A DNA stretch of 25,380 nucleotides from a virus (Duplodnaviria; Caudoviricetes), in the IMG/VR virus record IMGVR_UViG_3300033067_000103, positions 1 through 25,380 of that record; one strand, 5' to 3'. Within the stretch, counting starts at the first letter, position 1; each line of letters starts with the position of its first letter. A program made the position numbers and the translations under genes. Under the pieces are notes generated by a model. The model did no database searches, was not told where the DNA came from, and saw nothing but the letters and a program-made list of their open reading frames with translations. Shown here piece by piece: positions 1-10,159 of the stretch.

Positions 1-1979
1 GCCGTCGAGCGGCAGCGAACCGTGATCCCGAGCGCGACGATCTTGTCCCAGGCGGCGTTGTCGGAAGTCGTCCCGTCGCCCTTGGCGCCGAACGCTTCCG
101 GCCGCCACACGTCCATATCGACCGTGCCCGACGCATCCCAAACCGGCGCGATGGTCGCCTGTGGCGCATAGTTGCCGCGCATGACGCCGCCCGACACGCT
201 GGATGCGGCGTAGATGAAATAGTCAGCCGAGCCCAGCAGTTCCTCAAGGACGTTCCCCGTCGCCGAGAAGCCCGTCGTGTTGGTCAGCCGCACCATGCCG
301 CCCGAGGCAGCGCATTCGATGAAGCGGTTGTTGGCGAACACCAGGTTCTTGTCGCGATCCAGCACGACCGGCTGGGACAGCGCGTTGGCGAAGAAGCAGC
401 CGATGAACGACCAGTCGTCGATTGCCGCCGTGGAGCCGACGATCGAGTTCACCATGAAGTAGCCAACATCCGTCGCGCGGAAGAAGCAGTTGGTGAACAT
501 CACGTCCGATGAGGCCGTGCCGTTGACGAACTGGCGCACCACCCGGTCGCGCGTATAGCCCGCGCCGGTCGGATGGAACTGACACTTGTCGAACCACAGG
601 TCGTCAAGCAGCGCGCCGCTGGCCAGCAGCTCAAGGCTCAACGTGCGAGCCCCGCCGTAGAACTGGCACGCCGTGAATTGCAGCGCGAAGATCTCGCCGC
701 CGTTCTGCGAATGCCCCAGCACCACCGACTTGCCCGTGGTCGCCGGCCCGACGAACTGGCAGGACTTCCAGTCCATGTCCCCGGTCCCGGCGCCCGAGCT
801 AAGCGTCACCTGAAGGGCGACGCCGTTGGTCACCTGGTCTGCCCAGCCCGAGCAATTCTCGAACGAGAGCAGGCGGCTGTTCTGCACCAGCCAGCAGACG
901 GCGAAGTTGTTGACGTGGACGTTGACGATGCGGTTTTTCTGGACGCCGATCAGATCCTTGCCGGACGTGCCGATGATGAGGCCGTAGGCGCACGTCGTCG
1001 CCGTCTCGCCGACAATCTGAAGATCCTCGATCCCCCAGTTGGCGATGGCCGCGTTGTCGCCGATCGTCTGCCCGTTGACCAGCAGGCCGACCGTGCCAGT
1101 GAATACCGCAGCGCAGGTAAGGCGCGAGACGCCATTGCCGAGGCCGCCGCGCACGCCCTTCAGCTTGATCGGATTGGTCGAGGTCGGCGACATCTGGAGC
1201 GACGCCGCAATGCGCGAATTGCCGACAATGCCGGTGCGGTCATAGGGATAGGACGCAGCACTGATCGTGTCGATCATGGCCTGAATGGCAGCGGAGTCAT
1301 CGCCCGTGCCATCCTGCACCGCACCCCACCAGCTCGCGATCGCCTCACTGTTGTAGATGCGCTTCCAGCGCCGGGCAAAGGCATCGACGATGATCGTGCC
1401 GCCGTTGTCCGCGGACGTGCTGTCGCCACTATCGTACTCGAAATACCCGCCCTGGCCGATGACATCGCCGATGACGTAGGTCTGCGTGCCGTTCGGGATC
1501 GGCGCCAGCGACGCATAGAGCGCCCGGAGCGCCGCGTAGTTGGCCACCGTGACCGACGGCGAGATGATCGTCGTGCCCGCACTGAACACGATTTGATCGG
1601 CGATCTGCTGAAGCTGCATCAGCAGTCGGTCAAATTCCCCCTCGATCTCCTTGGGGTAGTAGCCGCTCATATTGGGCAGCAGGAGCGGCTGCGTCAGCGG
1701 CAGGTTGCGGGCGATGGTGATCGTCCAGCCGACCGGCAGGGGCGACCCGGCCAGCGGATAGGTGACCACGCCACCCGTCCCGCCAATGCCGGTGATCGAG
1801 TACGCCGAGGGCGCGACCGTCGTGGTGACGTTCGGCACGACCAACGTGTTGGTGATCGTCACCCGCACATTGGTCTGATCGTCAGCCGAAACGCCCGGAA
1901 TCGTGAAGGCGTAGGTGAAAGCCGTCGTCAGCCCGTTGCCGGCCTGCGTCGTATAGGAAGCAGTAGTGGCAACAGTCAT
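1..1979 (-). CDS. Tail fiber/tailspike with T7 gp17-type N-terminal anchor and beta-helix (pectate-lyase-like) depolymerase domain(s); 3' end outside window
   Basis: Not in the ORF track because it runs off the edge. Hand-translated from ATG 1979 (G-rich SD upstream): MTVATTASYTTQAGNGLTTAFTYAF...TITIARNLPLTQ...YYPKEIEGEFDRLLMQLQQI (T7-type anchor), then ADNGGTIIVDAFARRWKR, WWGAVQDGTGDDSAAIQAMID and beta-helix-like segments (WSFIGCFFAN, LVFANNRFIEC). Both ends translated in the same frame; the middle was only spot-checked. Confidence 0.88.
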   Translation of the reverse strand, partial: MTVATTASYTTQAGNGLTTAFTYAFTIPGVSADDQTNVRVTITNTLVVPNVTTTVAPSAYSITGIGGTGGVVTYPLAGSPLPVGWTITIARNLPLTQPLLLPNMSGYYPKEIEGEFDRLLMQLQQIADQIVFSAGTTIISPSVTVANYAALRALYASLAPIPNGTQTYVIGDVIGQGGYFEYDSGDSTSADNGGTIIVDAFARRWKRIYNSEAIASWWGAVQDGTGDDSAAIQAMIDTISAASYPYDRTGIVGNSRIAASLQMSPTSTNPIKLKGVRGGLGNGVSRLTCAAVFTGTVGLLVNGQTIGDNAAIANWGIEDLQIVGETATTCAYGLIIGTSGKDLIGVQKNRIVNVHVNNFAVCWLVQNSRLLSFENCSGWADQVTNGVALQVTLSSGAGTGDMDWKSCQFVGPATTGKSVVLGHSQNGGEIFALQFTACQFYGGARTLSLELLASGALLDDLWFDKCQFHPTGAGYTRDRVVRQFVNGTASSDVMFTNCFFRATDVGYFMVNSIVGSTAAIDDWSFIGCFFANALSQPVVLDRDKNLVFANNRFIECAASGGMVRLTNTTGFSATGNVLEELLGSADYFIYAASSVSGGVMRGNYAPQATIAPVWDASGTVDMDVWRPEAFGAKGDGTTSDNAAWDKIVALGITVRCRST

Positions 1980-2000
1980 CCGGCCCCCCAGCCCTTGGGG

Positions 2001-2017
2001 GTGTTATATCATAACGC
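2001..2017. promoter_or_regulatory. Palindromic motif copy 1 (GTGTTATATCATAACGC)
   Basis: GTTA-N5-TAAC inverted repeat in the intergenic gap, 21 nt upstream of the tailspike ATG; one of five copies. Confidence 0.75.
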
Positions 2018-2027
2018 TTGGCGGACG

Positions 2028-5000
2028 CTACTTTGGAGGCGAGCCGCCCAGTTCCTCCCGGACCAAATCCCACAGCCAGCGCAGGTAGAACAGGTTTTGC
2101 GTGGGGACTTGCCGGACAGCCGTATTCACCGCCGAGGCCGGGAATTGGCCGGTGCTGACGGAATAGATGATGCTCAGCAAGTCCTGAAACTTGCCGACCG
2201 TCGGCCCGAAGATGCGGCCAAAGGTGTTCTCGGAGGCGGCGCGCGTGCCCTGCGGCGTGCCCATCAGCCGCGCCAGACCGATCGTGTTGCCGCTCGCCCG
2301 CTCCATGATCGCGTTGGCCTCCATGACCCAGCCCAGCACACCGGAGCGGTCCACGCCCTCGCGGATCCAGACGGCCGGATCGTCGGAGAGCGCCCGGCCG
2401 CGGTTCTCGCTGTCCAGATAGTAGGCCAGCATCCCGAGCCCGACCATCGAGACGAGGCCCTGCATCACGTTCCGGTCGCGCCGTTGTGCCGCCAGGATGG
2501 TCGTCTTGGCCGTGCCGCTGAAGATGAACGAGCGGAACTGGCCGAACACGCTGCCCAGCGCCTGCGACATCCACAGCGGCTTGTCCTGCATCGGCTGCTG
2601 GATCGCCTTGCGCTGGCCCTTGCCCAGTCCTGCGACAAAGCGCCGCGCGGCATCTTGGTCCTTCCACGAGCGCGCGTCAGCCTGAAGGAAGCCGTCGGCC
2701 TCTTTCCAGTTGGCCCGCTCCTTCCACATAAGCGGTGCCGAGGTCCGGTCGATGCCATGCTCGGCCAGCCACGTCATTTCGTGCTGGGGCACTTCCTTGC
2801 CGGTCATCAGCGCCTCGACGCCCTGAAGCATCCGCCGCTGGCCGATCAGCCCCGACAGCGCCGAGATCGTGTCGGTCCAGAGCGCCATGCCGTTCCAGAC
2901 GTTGAACTTGCGGCTGGCCGAATCCATGAACCGCTCCACCCGCCCGGTCGGCTGATAGATTTGATCCATGCCGTTCCACGCCTGAAGCCGCGCGTCGTTC
3001 ACCAGCTCAAGCCCCTGCCCGGTCAGGCGCACCTCATCGAGCAGTGCCTTCCGTTCCGACCGGCTCATCTTCACCATCGCCTTCACAAACGGCACGAGGC
3101 CATCGCCGAAGAACCGGGTGATGCCGTGCTCGAAGATCACGCGGCCGGCGTCCGACACCGAGGAGGGCAGCGCGGCCCCACCCATCATGGCCAGATGGTT
3201 CAACTGCTTGGTGATCCGCAGCGCTCGCCAGCCCATGTTGCCCGGATCCTTGGGAATGCCATAGGTGCCCCGGATGCGATCGCGCATGTCGCCGAGGTTT
3301 TGGATGTCCTGCTGCTCCTGCTGCTCCAGCCTCGCCAGCGCCTTTTCCTTGTCGCGCGGCTCCATGCTGTTAGACCCGCTGATGCGCTCGCGGCGGATGG
3401 CGTAATCCTCCCGGATCGACTCCAGCACGTTTTTCATGTCCGGCCGCCCGAACTGGCGCGCAATCTCGATGTCGGCACCCACCTGGTGCGCCAGCCGGCG
3501 CATGAGGTCGTCGGCGTTGTTGTTCAGGTACGGCTCAAGCTCGGTGTCCTTCACGAACGTCAGCAGGCGCGGGGCGAGCGAGCCGCGCGCATTGCTCACC
3601 AGCCCCTTCGGCAGCGCGCCCAGCGAGTCCGTATGGCCGAGAATGTTGTCGGTGATCTGCCGGGCAATGTCCTTCAGGTCGTTCTCATCGGCGCTGTTCA
3701 GGAATTGCAGCGCATCGACCTTGTTGTTGGCCAACTCGTACTGATAGTCGGCCTTCGCCTTGGCCTTGTAGAGCGCGTCCTTGGTGCCATAGGCGTGCAG
3801 CGCGTCCAGCCGCTCGTTGACCTTCTCGCTCGCCGCCTTCTGTTCGGCCTTCGCCTTGGACACCAGCGCGTCGATCTTCTCCTTCGCCATGCCCTTCACG
3901 TCGATGGCGAGCGCGTCGGCAATCTCGGCGTCGGACATGCCCTTTTGCCGCGCCTCCTTAAACTTGCCCGCATACTCAGCAGGCAGTTCGGCATTCTGGC
4001 CAACATCGTTGATGTCGTCCCATGCACGCAGACGAACCGCCTCATCCTTGGGAAGGTCGATGTAATAAACCTTACCCGCAGCCCCGGACTTATTGGCGTA
4101 TCCTTCGGCATAAGAACGCTCGGCCGACACAAACCGCTTGCCCGTCGGCGTGTCCGCTCCACCGTGATAGAGGCGCACATACCCGTCCTTCACGGGAGGC
4201 GCACCGTCAACGCTTAGGCCCAGCCGGTCCATCTGCTCGACCAGCGAGTTGCGCGCCTCGACCGCGCCAACCTTGTCTTCCTCCAGCGCCGAATAGACCT
4301 TCTTGCCGGTGGCGTCCCGGTCCAGTGCCTCCAGCAAATCGCTGATTTCCGGCCGCTCACCGCCCGGCGTGCCGATAAAGCCATTCTCCCACGCCAGCAG
4401 GGTCATGTCGTCCAGCGTGCGGCCCTTCTCTGGATTGGTGATCGCAAAGCCGGGGCGGCGGTGGCTGTCACGCAGCCGCTCAACCTCGCCCGCCAGGTCC
4501 AGCCGGTTGCCCAGCGCGTCGCGCGTCTTGATGCCACCCTCGCCGATCACGAAACTGGTCAGCGACATCGGCGGCTTGGGCGAACGGCCGGCGCGAATGT
4601 CGGACAGTTCCTTGGTCAGCCATTGCGGGACTTCGCGCTTGGCCTCATCGCTGCCCAGCCCGCGCGCATCCAACAGATCGGCCTTCCGCGTCGCCTCATC
4701 CAGAACCCGCTGCGACTTGGCGAAATCCTTGCGCGCCTTCTGCAAGTCCCGGCTCAGCTTGGCCCGGTCGGAACCGTCGAAATTCTTGATCTTGTCGCGC
4801 AGGATGTCGATCTTGTCGGCCAGCTCGCGCGTCTTGGCCAGCGCCGCCTCGTAATCAGCCGCCGCAGTCGCCTGCACGCGCTGGAGGCCGTTGACGACGA
4901 TGCCCTCAAAGCCACCCCCACCATTCGGGTCATAGTTGCGCTGGGCGATGATCTTGTCGTGCAGATAGTTACGCGGCATGTACGACGGCGCGGTCTTGAC

Positions 5001-7013
5001 CGTCACATCTTCCGGCAACACCGCCGTCTCAATCGCGGCTTTCTGGAGCGGATCGTAGAACCGCTTGCGCTGTTCCTGCGCCGCCCGCGTGACGAACGGC
5101 TTGGCCGCATCGGGAATGTTCAGTTCATCCGCCCGATCACCCCGGCGCCCGGCCTTGGTGACGGCGGCCTGAAATTCCTGCTCCTTCATGTGTTCCGGGT
5201 TGGCCAGACCCAGCTTGTCCTGCCACCACAGCTTGCTCTCAGTCAGCATCCCCGGCGGCTTGCCGGTGCGGTACTCGGCGAAGATGTCGGCGATGGCACG
5301 GGTGGCGTCGTACTGCCCGAAGCGCCAGGCATGGGCGAGCGATTCCGCCGCCGGTTCCGTCGCCCGCGCGCTCTCGCCCAGCGTGTTCTTGCGCTGGAGA
5401 AACGGCAGTTCGGCCAGCCGCTCGCCCGCGTCGCGCACCACGCTGCTTACCGACGACATGACCTGCATGATCGGCGAGCGCATGAGCGGCACCCGCTGAA
5501 GGCGCGACAGGCCGAAGGACGAGGCCAGTTCATTGCCCGTCAGGTTACGCACCGCCGCCGAGGACAGGCTGCCAGCCGCGCCGCTGCCAAGCGCATTGTC
5601 GTTGCTCGGCTCGCCCGGCGCCGTTTCATGTGAAACATCCCGGAAGTCCACCGAGGCCGCAGCTGCCTTGGCGTCCGCCTCACGCTTCAAAAACTCAGGC
5701 GTCTGCGTAAACTCGCGAAGACGCTGGAGTTCGATTTCGGCATTTGCCTGATTTTGCGTCAGAAGATCGCGCATCTCCTGCGCGGAAATGCCTTGATCAG
5801 CAGCATATTGAGTCAGCTTTTGCTCATCGCCGAGCAGCCCAGCCCGCTTCTCCTGCTCTTGCGTCATTCGCTCGATAGCAGCGCGCGTTGCTCGCGGATG
5901 CGCCAGGTCACGATCAGTTTCATCGAACCCAGTGATCGACCCACCTTCCTTGGCCGCGCGCATGGCGTCCGCAGCCCCAGCCAAGTCGATGACGTGCGGC
6001 TGACCGTCGATGTCGGCCAGAACCGTGCCCGACCGGGGCGACGGCCTTCCGGCCAGGGAGTCGCCGAGATCGGCCGCAGCTTCCGCCGGCGCACCGTGGA
6101 AATAGCGCAGCGCACCACCCATCAGGCCGCCGAACACCGTAGCCGCGCCGACATTGAACGCCTTTTCGCCCGGCGTTTCGTCCCGGTAGGCTTCCGGCAG
6201 CAGCCCTTCCTCGGCCGCCGTGCCGCCGCCGATGACAGCCGCCGATGACAGCGCCGCCTCAGCGACCGACTTGGCCTTCAGGATGCCGCCCAGCGGCAGC
6301 AGGTTCACCGGATCGACGAGCGCCGCGGCAAACGACATGGCGTGCCCGAGGACGCCGGACTCGCCGATTACCTCTTTGGCGTGGTTCTGACGGTCGATCT
6401 GCGTCTTGATCGCCTGCGTCTCACCCGGCGAGCCGGAATGCACGAACGCGCTGGCATAGTCCTCATAGCCCGCAATATCGCCCTTGTAGGGGTCGTAGCC
6501 CGGCACGTCGCCGAACTCGGATGCGCGCCACGCCTCAGCCGCCCAGTCGCCTAGCCGCCCGACAAAGCTGCCCCGGATCGCCGCGTTGGCTTCCTGCCCG
6601 AGCGAGTAATCGGTGCCCGTCTCAAGGTCCGGCGCGCGGCCCGTCGGCGCGGCGATCAGACTGTTAGGGGGCGCTCGATCTGCACCGTAGAACTTTGCCT
6701 GTGCCTCATGCAGCGTTTGGGCGTAGGCGTCGGCAGCGTCGGCATTCTTGAAGATGCCGAGATGTTTTCCCGTCTTTTCGTAGTTCGCCCACGCCTCATC
6801 GTTTGACATGATGCGCCCGTCATCACTGACAGTCGGCACCAAGACCTCGCGGCCGTTGTCATCCTGAAACGAGGCAGAGCGCACAGTGCTAATGCTGCCG
6901 TCGGCGTTTTTCACGACAGGGCGATGGGCAAGGTCAATGTTGCCCGGCTCGACCATCCCGTTGGCGCTCACCGGGCCGGGGTTTGCCGCTGCTTCGGGCG
7001 CGAGAAAAGGCAT
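2028..7013 (-). CDS. Large internal virion/DNA ejection protein (T7 gp16 position), multi-domain, 1661 aa
   Basis: Last and largest of three Ala-rich helical ORFs between tail tubular B and the tail fiber. C-terminal region (KPLWM...FGQFRSFIF...EGVDRSG...GPTVG) resembles gp16-like ejection proteins. Confidence 0.8.
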   Translation of the reverse strand: MPFLAPEAAANPGPVSANGMVEPGNIDLAHRPVVKNADGSISTVRSASFQDDNGREVLVPTVSDDGRIMSNDEAWANYEKTGKHLGIFKNADAADAYAQTLHEAQAKFYGADRAPPNSLIAAPTGRAPDLETGTDYSLGQEANAAIRGSFVGRLGDWAAEAWRASEFGDVPGYDPYKGDIAGYEDYASAFVHSGSPGETQAIKTQIDRQNHAKEVIGESGVLGHAMSFAAALVDPVNLLPLGGILKAKSVAEAALSSAAVIGGGTAAEEGLLPEAYRDETPGEKAFNVGAATVFGGLMGGALRYFHGAPAEAAADLGDSLAGRPSPRSGTVLADIDGQPHVIDLAGAADAMRAAKEGGSITGFDETDRDLAHPRATRAAIERMTQEQEKRAGLLGDEQKLTQYAADQGISAQEMRDLLTQNQANAEIELQRLREFTQTPEFLKREADAKAAAASVDFRDVSHETAPGEPSNDNALGSGAAGSLSSAAVRNLTGNELASSFGLSRLQRVPLMRSPIMQVMSSVSSVVRDAGERLAELPFLQRKNTLGESARATEPAAESLAHAWRFGQYDATRAIADIFAEYRTGKPPGMLTESKLWWQDKLGLANPEHMKEQEFQAAVTKAGRRGDRADELNIPDAAKPFVTRAAQEQRKRFYDPLQKAAIETAVLPEDVTVKTAPSYMPRNYLHDKIIAQRNYDPNGGGGFEGIVVNGLQRVQATAAADYEAALAKTRELADKIDILRDKIKNFDGSDRAKLSRDLQKARKDFAKSQRVLDEATRKADLLDARGLGSDEAKREVPQWLTKELSDIRAGRSPKPPMSLTSFVIGEGGIKTRDALGNRLDLAGEVERLRDSHRRPGFAITNPEKGRTLDDMTLLAWENGFIGTPGGERPEISDLLEALDRDATGKKVYSALEEDKVGAVEARNSLVEQMDRLGLSVDGAPPVKDGYVRLYHGGADTPTGKRFVSAERSYAEGYANKSGAAGKVYYIDLPKDEAVRLRAWDDINDVGQNAELPAEYAGKFKEARQKGMSDAEIADALAIDVKGMAKEKIDALVSKAKAEQKAASEKVNERLDALHAYGTKDALYKAKAKADYQYELANNKVDALQFLNSADENDLKDIARQITDNILGHTDSLGALPKGLVSNARGSLAPRLLTFVKDTELEPYLNNNADDLMRRLAHQVGADIEIARQFGRPDMKNVLESIREDYAIRRERISGSNSMEPRDKEKALARLEQQEQQDIQNLGDMRDRIRGTYGIPKDPGNMGWRALRITKQLNHLAMMGGAALPSSVSDAGRVIFEHGITRFFGDGLVPFVKAMVKMSRSERKALLDEVRLTGQGLELVNDARLQAWNGMDQIYQPTGRVERFMDSASRKFNVWNGMALWTDTISALSGLIGQRRMLQGVEALMTGKEVPQHEMTWLAEHGIDRTSAPLMWKERANWKEADGFLQADARSWKDQDAARRFVAGLGKGQRKAIQQPMQDKPLWMSQALGSVFGQFRSFIFSGTAKTTILAAQRRDRNVMQGLVSMVGLGMLAYYLDSENRGRALSDDPAVWIREGVDRSGVLGWVMEANAIMERASGNTIGLARLMGTPQGTRAASENTFGRIFGPTVGKFQDLLSIIYSVSTGQFPASAVNTAVRQVPTQNLFYLRWLWDLVREELGGSPPK
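5622..5637. other. parS-like palindrome CGTTTCATGTGAAACA
   Basis: 14/16 match to the bacterial chromosomal parS consensus TGTTTCACGTGAAACA; reads as VSHET within the ejection-protein gene. Confidence 0.5.
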
Positions 7014-9146
7014 CTACTGCCCCTTCTTTACGAACGTCGTCTGCTCATCGAACAGCGCGCCAGCGCCTTCCTTGCGCACCTTGTCCAGAAGCTCGATCTT
7101 GCGCTTCTGCTCATCAAGACGGCGCTGGTTCGCGGGCGAGGTTTCCCAGTCAGGATGCCATGCCATCGGGTTGCCATCGCCGCCGATCAGCGGGCGCCAG
7201 ACGCCATCTTGCCCCTTCAGCGACACGACATACGTGGGCAGCCCATCGGAGCGCGTGGTCGTCGGGTCGCGCATCAGCGCCAGCCGCCCGCTCAGCGACT
7301 CATCGCCCGCCAGACCGCCAGCAAGAACCTTGCCCACGTCGGCCTCCAGCTGGTCGCGCATCCAACTCGCATTCTCGCTCTGGCTCATGCTCGGCAGCCC
7401 GTAGAACTTCTCCGGCGGATAGGCCATGACATCGGTATAGTTCGAGAAATAGCCGGGCTTGGTCGCCACCTGCGTCGCGCCGTACTTGCCCTGGATCAAC
7501 TGGAGCGCCTGCGCCTGCGCCCGGTCCAGCGGCATCCCGGCGATCAGCTCGCGCTTCACGAGATCGGTCAAATCCTGCTGCGCCTCGTAGGAGAGCGGCG
7601 CACCATCGACCTTCTGGCTTTCCGTCCACTTCTTGAGGCCCGACGGATCGCTTTCGTTCATCGCTTGGCTGAAGGACTTTTCGCGCGCGTCCCGCTCAGT
7701 CGGCGTGCCCTGAAGCATGTCGCTCGCCCACTTTACCGGATCTTCGGCGCCATGCTCCTGCGCGGTCAGGATCAGGTCGGCCATGCGGCGCGTATCGGCC
7801 GGAAACTGGTTGGCCAGTTCGGGATTGACCGAGCGGATCGCGCCATAGATTTGCGCGCTGGCCAGCTTGGAAGACGGTCCGCCGCTGGTCAGCGAGCCGG
7901 TCACGCTGGAAGCCAGCGCCGGCGGGACCACGCCAGACTTGAAAACGAACGACGCGATCTGGCTCGCCTGCTGCGCTGGCGTCCCGGTCAGAGTCGGCAG
8001 GATGTCCTGCACGAATACCTGATCGACGCCCTTCTTGTTCTTTTCGTCCGTCGGGTCCAAGCCGCCGCTGGCAATGCCCTCGATGATGCGGGAATGCTCG
8101 ACATTTGCCGCCGACACCTTGGCCAGCGCATCGTCGGCGCCGCGGATCGGCGCGTCCACATAGCGCATTCCGATCTGGCCGCCGATCGCATACAGCCCAT
8201 CCTTCGCCTTCTGGATACCGGCAATGTCACCCGCGTTCTGCGCGTTGTTCAAGTCGATGGTGAGTTGCGCAATGTCGTTCTGCTTCTGAATAAGCAGCGC
8301 GTTCTGCGCCTTGGCCTGCGCCGCTTCAGCCTCGTTTTGCGCCTGACGCGCCTGCGCCTCGAAATGCTCCTGCTGGGCCGTCGCGAACCGAAGCAGCCCT
8401 TCGGTGTCCTTGGCGTTCAGCGCCGCCTTGCCAGCATCCGAATTGATATAGGACAGCACCGACCCCGGATCAGTCTGCGCCATCCGCTCCAGCCGCATCG
8501 ACGTGATCTGCGACACGGTGTCGCGGACGAATACCGCCCGCGCTTCCGGCGACATGCCCTTGATGTCGGCGAGGTTCTGCGCCTCGCTGACGGCGACTTG
8601 CAGGCTCTCCCGAAACTTGGCCTCATTGTTCCAGTTGTCGGCCGCATCCTCACCGGCTTGGTCTTTCCGCGCTTCCGCCGTCGAGATCAGCAGATCCTTG
8701 CGCTTCTCAGTGACGAACCGCGCCGCGCCGTCCTGAAAGCCCAATTCGCGCTGGTCGAGCGCGCGGGCGAGCATCTGGCGCACCCGGTCATTCGGTGCCT
8801 TGGCGAGAACCTGGTCCTTCAGCTTTCCGGCCTGGTCGATGACATTGCCGTAGCCATCGACGGCGGCCTGCCCTTCCTTGGCGAAATACCCGTCCGGCCC
8901 GAAACCGAGGTTCTGGATCGCCTTGGCGTATTCCGTGTCGGCCTGGTTGAAGTCGATCGTGTTCTGCTCGTCCTGCGCCACCAGCGCGTTCTTGGCGAAC
9001 ACGTCCGCCGTCTGCTGCCCGGCCGCGGCAAGCTGCGACAGCCCGCGCGCCGAGGCGCCGCCAAAGGCGTCAGCCGAGCCCGCCGGTGCCTGAAGCGCCG
9101 TCAGCGGGGAATTGGGGAGAACCCCTTGCGTCGGGATCGTGGCCAT
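7014..9146 (-). CDS. Internal virion/ejection protein (T7 gp15 position), 710 aa
   Basis: Position and size; Ala/Gln-rich helical sequence with a typical N-terminus (MATIPT...SADAFGG...GL.QL). Confidence 0.72.
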   Translation of the reverse strand: MATIPTQGVLPNSPLTALQAPAGSADAFGGASARGLSQLAAAGQQTADVFAKNALVAQDEQNTIDFNQADTEYAKAIQNLGFGPDGYFAKEGQAAVDGYGNVIDQAGKLKDQVLAKAPNDRVRQMLARALDQRELGFQDGAARFVTEKRKDLLISTAEARKDQAGEDAADNWNNEAKFRESLQVAVSEAQNLADIKGMSPEARAVFVRDTVSQITSMRLERMAQTDPGSVLSYINSDAGKAALNAKDTEGLLRFATAQQEHFEAQARQAQNEAEAAQAKAQNALLIQKQNDIAQLTIDLNNAQNAGDIAGIQKAKDGLYAIGGQIGMRYVDAPIRGADDALAKVSAANVEHSRIIEGIASGGLDPTDEKNKKGVDQVFVQDILPTLTGTPAQQASQIASFVFKSGVVPPALASSVTGSLTSGGPSSKLASAQIYGAIRSVNPELANQFPADTRRMADLILTAQEHGAEDPVKWASDMLQGTPTERDAREKSFSQAMNESDPSGLKKWTESQKVDGAPLSYEAQQDLTDLVKRELIAGMPLDRAQAQALQLIQGKYGATQVATKPGYFSNYTDVMAYPPEKFYGLPSMSQSENASWMRDQLEADVGKVLAGGLAGDESLSGRLALMRDPTTTRSDGLPTYVVSLKGQDGVWRPLIGGDGNPMAWHPDWETSPANQRRLDEQKRKIELLDKVRKEGAGALFDEQTTFVKKGQ

Positions 9147-9691
9147 CAGCCGAACACGCCGTCTTTCTGGAAAGCCATGAACTTGTCGCCGAAGCTGGAA
9201 GCCGTCGAGAGCAGCGAGGAGTAGCCCGCCAGCCGCGTCGCCTTTTTCACGTTCGCCGATTCAGCCGTCAAAAGCTGCGACTGGCTGGCCAGATTGTCGC
9301 TTTCGATCAGCGCGTTCCGGCGGTTCACCAGCGCGTTGTAGCGCGTCGTGTCCTCATCCAGCTTGCCGATCTTGGTCAGGTCCGCCTGCACGTCCAGCGG
9401 CGAGCCGGAATTGGGATCGACCCCCGACGCCGCGGCGCTCGCCCGAGCGCGCGCCACCGCCTGCGCCCGCTCCTGCTGCTGCTTCTGTGCCGCCACCTCG
9501 CCTTCCTGGGCGATGCGCGTGGCGTCCTGCTGGCGAAGGACCGAGTTGTTGCGCGACACCTGCGCGTTGTAGTTGAGCTGTGCCTGCTCGGCCGCGCCCT
9601 GCTGCTGCTGGCCCATGTAGCCGACCACGCCCGAGGCCACCGTCGTCGCGAGCGACACCGCGGCCAGAACCGGCGCTATTGCGAAGCACAT
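9146..9691 (-). CDS. Internal virion/ejection protein (T7 gp14 position), 181 aa
   Basis: MC- start, hydrophobic N-terminus, Gln/Ala coiled coil and ARASAAASGVD..SGSPLDV motif; TGATG overlap with the next gene. Confidence 0.8.
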   Translation of the reverse strand: MCFAIAPVLAAVSLATTVASGVVGYMGQQQQGAAEQAQLNYNAQVSRNNSVLRQQDATRIAQEGEVAAQKQQQERAQAVARARASAAASGVDPNSGSPLDVQADLTKIGKLDEDTTRYNALVNRRNALIESDNLASQSQLLTAESANVKKATRLAGYSSLLSTASSFGDKFMAFQKDGVFG

Positions 9692-9694
9692 CCC

Positions 9695-10159
9695 CTAGGC
9701 CCCCTTCATCTCAAACCGATGCGCCGGCAGCCGCTTCGGCCCCGCGGGCACCGGATCGTCCAGAACGAACCCCAGCCGCTTGAGCCAGCCGATGCTCACC
9801 GCGTGCCGGGCATCCACCCAGTTTTCCAGCAGCCCCCGCTCACCCCGCCAGCGCCGGACCAGCCGCGAGGCCGTCCGGTGCAGTGTTACTCTATAACACG
9901 GGATTGCGTCTGTCCCCACCATCCACGGCCTCGCCGTGTCGGAGAACAGGCTGCCGCCATAGCCCAGCCCAAAGATCAGCAGCGGATCCCCATCGGCCAG
10001 CGCCAGGGTGCATTCGGACGAGACGGCGACGGACTTCCGCAGCGCCGTCAGCGCGTCCTGCCCGGAAAAGTCCTCTGCTTCGGCAATGTCGGCGGCGCGC
10101 AAATGGTCCGCCAGCCAGATCAGGTCGGCGTCCGTCGGCTCGCGAAGCTCAATTGTCAT
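9695..10159 (-). CDS. GNAT-fold protein (T7 gp13/'internal virion protein A'-like)
   Basis: LRAADIAE, PWMVGT and LENWVDARHAVSIGWLKRLGF motifs; immediately downstream of tail tubular B. Confidence 0.85.
   Translation of the reverse strand: MTIELREPTDADLIWLADHLRAADIAEAEDFSGQDALTALRKSVAVSSECTLALADGDPLLIFGLGYGGSLFSDTARPWMVGTDAIPCYRVTLHRTASRLVRRWRGERGLLENWVDARHAVSIGWLKRLGFVLDDPVPAGPKRLPAHRFEMKGA
9883..9899. promoter_or_regulatory. Palindromic motif copy 2 (GTGTTACTCTATAACAC)
   Basis: Perfect 6-bp inverted repeat with 5-nt spacer inside the GNAT gene, about 190 nt upstream of the first ejection gene; shares 15 identical nt with copy 3. Confidence 0.7.

Noticed and set aside
573-4217. 1214-aa plus-strand ORF and other long plus-strand ORFs (4461..5633, 6924..9224, 10008..12422, 16329..18512, 19713..21431)
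   Set aside because: Antisense shadows of GC3-biased minus-strand genes; Arg/His/Gln-rich translations with no motifs.
7011-9697. In-frame amber junctions (TAG-ATG at 7016-7011; TAG-GGG-ATG at 9697-9689) suggesting readthrough or TAG recoding
   Set aside because: Each downstream gene has its own SD and typical N-terminus, and the conserved genes are not interrupted by TAG, so standard code 11 suffices.
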